Shown piece after piece: positions 44,898-48,878 of a stretch of DNA of 48,878 nucleotides. Source of the DNA: a virus; the IMG/VR virus record IMGVR_UViG_3300045988_060465, positions 1 through 48,878 of that record; one strand, written 5' to 3'. The notes beneath the pieces are model-generated. The model did no database searches. It worked only from the letters and a program-made list of their open reading frames with translations, and was not told the origin of the DNA. The position numbers were made by a program, and so were the translations under genes. Within the stretch, counting starts at the first letter, position 1, and each line of letters begins with the position of its first letter.

Positions 44898-46319
44898 CTA
44901 TAGCGTTTTCTCGATAGAATCCATCATTCTAGTAACTGATTCCATCATGTAATTCTTTGTGCTCTTGTCTAACGCTTCTGCTCCGTTGACAATAGCACCT
45001 ACGATTTGAGTAACTGACAAGGCTAATTTATATGTCTTTGCAGACTTGTCTTGTTGTTCTTTCAATTCGTATTTATCAAAATAAACCTTTGGTACACCTA
45101 ATTTCTCACTTAACATAGGAGAAATCTGAGTGGCGAACCTTTCTCGCATTGGTACGATTGTATTTGTCATGGCATTATCTATGATTCTTTCCATAGATAC
45201 GTTTCCTGATACATCCCCTAAACCAATCAATTCAGGAGTAAGACCGAAACACTGACAAATAATAGAACCTTCCTTCATTTGAAGGTATTCTAAGAACTCC
45301 GTACCTTTTGTAACACGAGGCAAGTGATCCATCTTTTCAAAAATAGAACTTGCAAGGATTACATTGTCTGATTTTGAATTTCTGATTTCCTGACCTAAAC
45401 GTTTAGCTTCAATTCTTGCTTTGTCGGCTCTGTCTGCTTTAGAACTTGATGATTCGTCTAAAACTTGGGAAGCCGATAAATCAATCGTATCTCCTTTGGC
45501 AAATCCATCTTTCAGCCAAAAAATCAAACGTCCAGGGCCATCATACTGAATATCGTAATTCAAACGCTCGTAAACCGTACCTAATAGCTTTAGGCGTTGT
45601 TTGTCACGCAATAAACAAGATAATCCGTTCTCATGGTCTGTTCCGTTTCTTAAATTGCAGAAATTATCAGGGATTTCTACAATGATTGTTCCGTCTTTTG
45701 ACATTAATTTGCCTGTTTTAAGGAATAACGCTTCGTCAAAGTCGATTTCCTTTGTTCCTAATGAGATAGGTTCTTTATCGTCTGCCGACATAGCATAACA
45801 GATAGGAACTCTAAAGCCTTTATATTCATCATCTTCACGCATGATAGAAACATAGTTGCGATAATTCTCTGTAACAATCCCCTTATCTTCGTCTAGCCAA
45901 CGAATACCGCATTTTCCGTACAGTAAGGACTGCATAATAGCATTTTGAAGTACAGAATAGTTTGTAACACCTTGTACATTGTGTTTGTAAAGGAATGGCA
46001 TAAGAACATTCTTGTCTAAATTCTCATCACCTGTTGTGATACCGTTTGAGAATATAAAGTCAATAACCTTACCGATAACATATGGTAGCGTTGGTAGATT
46101 GTCTATCATCCAATCAATCTCATCAAACTGATTCTTAAAGTCTGTCTTTACAAATCCGTTGATGCAATCTGAATTGCAGTTCAACATAGCTTCCATTACC
46201 TTTTCGGCTTCGGTTTCTGCATTAGAACTGTGAATATTGTGCGAAATGTTAGGTGACACATAGGTATTGGATGCTAGTTTAACTCTATCCTTTTGTCTTT
46301 TCTTTGTTCTTCGACTCAA
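44898..46319 (-). CDS. Portal protein
   Basis: 473 aa, directly downstream of terL. Confidence 0.6.
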   Translation of the reverse strand: MSRRTKKRQKDRVKLASNTYVSPNISHNIHSSNAETEAEKVMEAMLNCNSDCINGFVKTDFKNQFDEIDWMIDNLPTLPYVIGKVIDFIFSNGITTGDENLDKNVLMPFLYKHNVQGVTNYSVLQNAIMQSLLYGKCGIRWLDEDKGIVTENYRNYVSIMREDDEYKGFRVPICYAMSADDKEPISLGTKEIDFDEALFLKTGKLMSKDGTIIVEIPDNFCNLRNGTDHENGLSCLLRDKQRLKLLGTVYERLNYDIQYDGPGRLIFWLKDGFAKGDTIDLSASQVLDESSSSKADRADKARIEAKRLGQEIRNSKSDNVILASSIFEKMDHLPRVTKGTEFLEYLQMKEGSIICQCFGLTPELIGLGDVSGNVSMERIIDNAMTNTIVPMRERFATQISPMLSEKLGVPKVYFDKYELKEQQDKSAKTYKLALSVTQIVGAIVNGAEALDKSTKNYMMESVTRMMDSIEKTL

Positions 46320-46330
46320 ATTAGCACCTC

Positions 46331-47974
46331 CTAATCGTTCTCTGCATACGCAAGTATTTCACTGCTTAGATTATACATTAAACAACTGCGGACAGAAAGT
46401 ACTGAGGAATCTAGGGCATCAGGAGAGTGTCCTAAGCGTTGTTTTATCTCTTCTTTAGGAATAATGGCTATCTTCTTATTATTCTTCGATACAGTCCTTG
46501 TAGCAAGCAATTCAGGCTTTAATCTTTTTGCGACTTCCGTTGTGAAAGTCAATTTCTTACTGTCCATTAGCTGCTGAAAGTCTAAATACATTTCCGCTCT
46601 TAAATTAAATGCATAAACCGCACTGTAATGTCTTGCCTTGATACGTGTTTTTGTTGGCCCTCCTTGGAAATTGACACCCTCAAGGATAAATCCTAGCTTA
46701 TCTGAGTATTTTGACAACCCTTCGGTCAACCAAGTACCGAAACCAACGTCAACACAAACATATTTGATGTTTAATGTCTCGATAATCTTAACAATCTTGG
46801 TAATAATCTTCTCAGATGTGACTCCTTGAACCCAAACACCCTCTTTAAGATTGTAAATTGTCTCGATTTTGCAGTTTCCGTATCTATTTTGAGAACATAA
46901 AGCAACATCTATACCGTCTTTTCCTGTATAAGCCGAGTCAATACCTAGGAAAAACCGCTTTTTATAGGAACTATCGACTTTATCATCGTCTAAAGTCATG
47001 GTTTTGAACATACTTTCGTCTGAAAATTCCTCTAATTCGCACACTAAATAGCGTTGGCAAGTACTTCTATTCTTGTAAAAATGAGAATTTAGAATCTGAG
47101 ATGCACTTTTCATACGATCTTCTTCGTAAGCAGTACGTACATCCATCCAAACAACTAATGTTCCTTCGGGGTATTTGTCGTTTGTCATGCAATCGTAGAA
47201 CTCTCCTCGTTTGTGAGGGTTGGAAATAGCGATTTCAAGCTCTTTTGAACCGTCAACACTTGAAAATTCCCTTCGTCCTATCTCGGCATACGCATCTTCA
47301 CTGACTTGGGCTGCTTCGTCAATAATATAATCTCCACCCTTACCGATAGCGTTGTTGTTTTTCTTCGGGTCTACACTGTTTCCACCTAATGTAACGATTT
47401 CTACACATCCTCCACCCTTGAAGGAGATTTTAGTTTTGGAAGTAGAAGTCTGCAATTTTTCAATCTTGTTTCCTGAATCTAATACAGAACTCTGAATAGA
47501 CTCGTCTGCATTTTGTAAATGTCCGATGACTTTGGACATGATGATAGTAGCGGTTTCTCCCGTTGCGGCCGCAATTCGTACTTGATGCCCTTTATACGCA
47601 CGATAAATAGCAATCATACCTAAAGTCCAGCTTTTCCCATACTGAGAAGTAGTAATTGCATAGATTGTATCGTACCCTTCTACAACCGCACCGAACAACA
47701 TAGCTTGTGTAAAGTGAAGATTGACTTGAAAATATGTCAAAGCCTCTCTTGCACCGATAACCGCAAGTCTAAAAGCTTCTTGTCTAGAAATATTTAATCG
47801 TTTGTAATGTTCGGGGATATACCCTCTCGTCCAATTCTTTAATTTATACTTGGGGGTAGCTCCCTTCAACAACCTAACAACTTCTTCTTGGCTCTTATTA
47901 ATAGCTTTAGCTTCTTTTAAGTCCTCTACATCCTTAAAATACTGTTCCGTAACACTAAGAGTCTGTTTCTTCAC
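46331..47974 (-). CDS. terL: Terminase large subunit
   Basis: Walker A-like SQYGKSWT, Walker B IIDEAAQ, and a C-terminal RNaseH-like nuclease region LGIDSAYTGKDGIDVAL. Confidence 0.8.
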   Translation of the reverse strand: MKKQTLSVTEQYFKDVEDLKEAKAINKSQEEVVRLLKGATPKYKLKNWTRGYIPEHYKRLNISRQEAFRLAVIGAREALTYFQVNLHFTQAMLFGAVVEGYDTIYAITTSQYGKSWTLGMIAIYRAYKGHQVRIAAATGETATIIMSKVIGHLQNADESIQSSVLDSGNKIEKLQTSTSKTKISFKGGGCVEIVTLGGNSVDPKKNNNAIGKGGDYIIDEAAQVSEDAYAEIGRREFSSVDGSKELEIAISNPHKRGEFYDCMTNDKYPEGTLVVWMDVRTAYEEDRMKSASQILNSHFYKNRSTCQRYLVCELEEFSDESMFKTMTLDDDKVDSSYKKRFFLGIDSAYTGKDGIDVALCSQNRYGNCKIETIYNLKEGVWVQGVTSEKIITKIVKIIETLNIKYVCVDVGFGTWLTEGLSKYSDKLGFILEGVNFQGGPTKTRIKARHYSAVYAFNLRAEMYLDFQQLMDSKKLTFTTEVAKRLKPELLATRTVSKNNKKIAIIPKEEIKQRLGHSPDALDSSVLSVRSCLMYNLSSEILAYAEND

Positions 47975-48464
47975 TGTTATCTTCCTCCTCGTGTTCTATT
48001 ACCTCGGCATCTAAAAACTCACTTCCCATGTTGATTCCTAATATATCGTTGATTCTTTCCTCCGCAATCGCTCTTTTCTGTTCAACAGTAATATTATTGA
48101 CACTTCCAACATTTAAAATATTGCTCTTTCCTATGCCATCCATTCTATTCAATTCCTTTAAACAACCCAATCTGTCTTTCATGTCCTTTTCTTCGTCTTG
48201 AATGTTATCGCTAAGCCATTGTCTACGTTGCTCTACTGTCATAACACTTCTTTGATCTCTCTTTTTTACCCTCTCATGTATGACATTCCTAAATAAAGGA
48301 CTGTTTAATATCTTATATCCCTTGTTATAAGCACTCTTATCGCTTAAATCAGGACGAATCTTTTGCATGGACTTCGTAATATTCCCACTCTTTGAATACT
48401 CGTCAAAGAATCTTTTAGCCTCATCCTCACGCTTTAATTCTGAAACACTCTTTGCCCTTGGCAT
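47955..48464 (-). CDS. terS: Terminase small subunit
   Basis: 169 aa overlapping the terL start, with a basic N-terminus and acidic C-terminus. Confidence 0.55.
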   Translation of the reverse strand: MPRAKSVSELKREDEAKRFFDEYSKSGNITKSMQKIRPDLSDKSAYNKGYKILNSPLFRNVIHERVKKRDQRSVMTVEQRRQWLSDNIQDEEKDMKDRLGCLKELNRMDGIGKSNILNVGSVNNITVEQKRAIAEERINDILGINMGSEFLDAEVIEHEEEDNSEETDS

Positions 48465-48525
48465 ACTCTCATCCTCTCTTTCTCTACCTCACTACATTAT
48501 AAATGATTTTATTGAGGACGTTTTT

Positions 48526-48567
48526 ACCCCTCGTCTACCCCTCACTTACTACTCGCTTACCCCTCGC
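48526..48567. promoter_or_regulatory. Three TACCCCTC(G/A) repeats (minus-strand GAGGGGTA) 60-100 bp upstream of terS
   Basis: Copies at 48526, 48537 and 48559, phased at 11 and 22 bp. A GT-rich tract follows at 48690..48760. Confidence 0.45.
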
Positions 48568-48779
48568 AAAAATACATGAACTCATTTTTTTCAAAACTCG
48601 AATTTTCGTTTTCCAAAAAATTTTATCTAAAAAAGGGGGTGGTTTGCTATTATTAGTAATTATTCGTGTTAGCACTCTCTTGTGTATAGTGCTAGGTGTA
48701 AAAAGTGTGGTTTGGTCGAGAGGGAAGCCATGGGGTGTGTATGGTCGTCTTTTCCTGTTGCGTTTTTCAAATCATGACC

Positions 48780-48878
48780 GCAAGCGCATATATATTTATG
48801 CCTTTATTCCATAAACAATTTAAAATCATGCAAAGAGTTATAAAAGAGTTATAATTATTTATGCAAGAAGAAAAAAGA
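48780..48878. repeat. Second copy of the 99-nt terminal duplication
   Basis: Identical to 1..99. Confidence 0.9.

Noticed and set aside
32401-44917. Numerous plus-strand ORFs antisense to structural genes (e.g. 42424..42879, 33038..33514, 35858..36259, 44600..44917)
   Set aside because: They lie antisense inside long minus-strand genes and have S/F/L-rich low-complexity translations. They are shadow ORFs.

Overview
This window is a complete, circularly closed genome (about 48.78 kb) of an AT-rich temperate siphovirus whose host is most likely a low-GC Firmicute. Bases 1..99 are identical to 48780..48878, which points to a circular contig or terminal redundancy. Every credible gene except one lies on the minus strand. 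The lysogeny switch at 17.4-19.3 kb contains a tyrosine integrase, a small CI-like HTH gene (the single plus-strand gene), a Cro-like gene with inverted 12-bp operators, and an AntA/KilAC antirepressor that is split. Below it, from 17.4 kb down to 2.8 kb, is the early/replication module: RecT/YqaJ recombination genes, HNH, a RuvC-like resolvase, a replisome organizer with internal iterons, a G39P-like helicase loader, SSB, two DNA methyltransferases (one decayed, one behind a poly-G tract), a dimeric dUTPase, a PemK/MazF-like toxin and many small ORFs. At 1.5-2.8 kb there is an unusual 1.3-kb noncoding region with its own sigma-A promoter, a terminator and GC-rich iterated repeats, which I read as a candidate large ncRNA. 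The late operon follows across the circular junction and runs down to about 20.7 kb: terS, terL, portal, scaffold, capsid, connector proteins, a 468-aa major tail protein, G/GT chaperones, a 1527-aa tape measure, Dit, a Tal with lysozyme and CHAP domains, a beta-helix receptor-binding protein, holins and a CHAP-SH3b-GH25 endolysin. Between the lysin and int lies a roughly 1.4-kb terminator-rich attP region. No tRNA, CRISPR array or reverse transcriptase was found. All calls below come from reading motifs by eye, with no database search.
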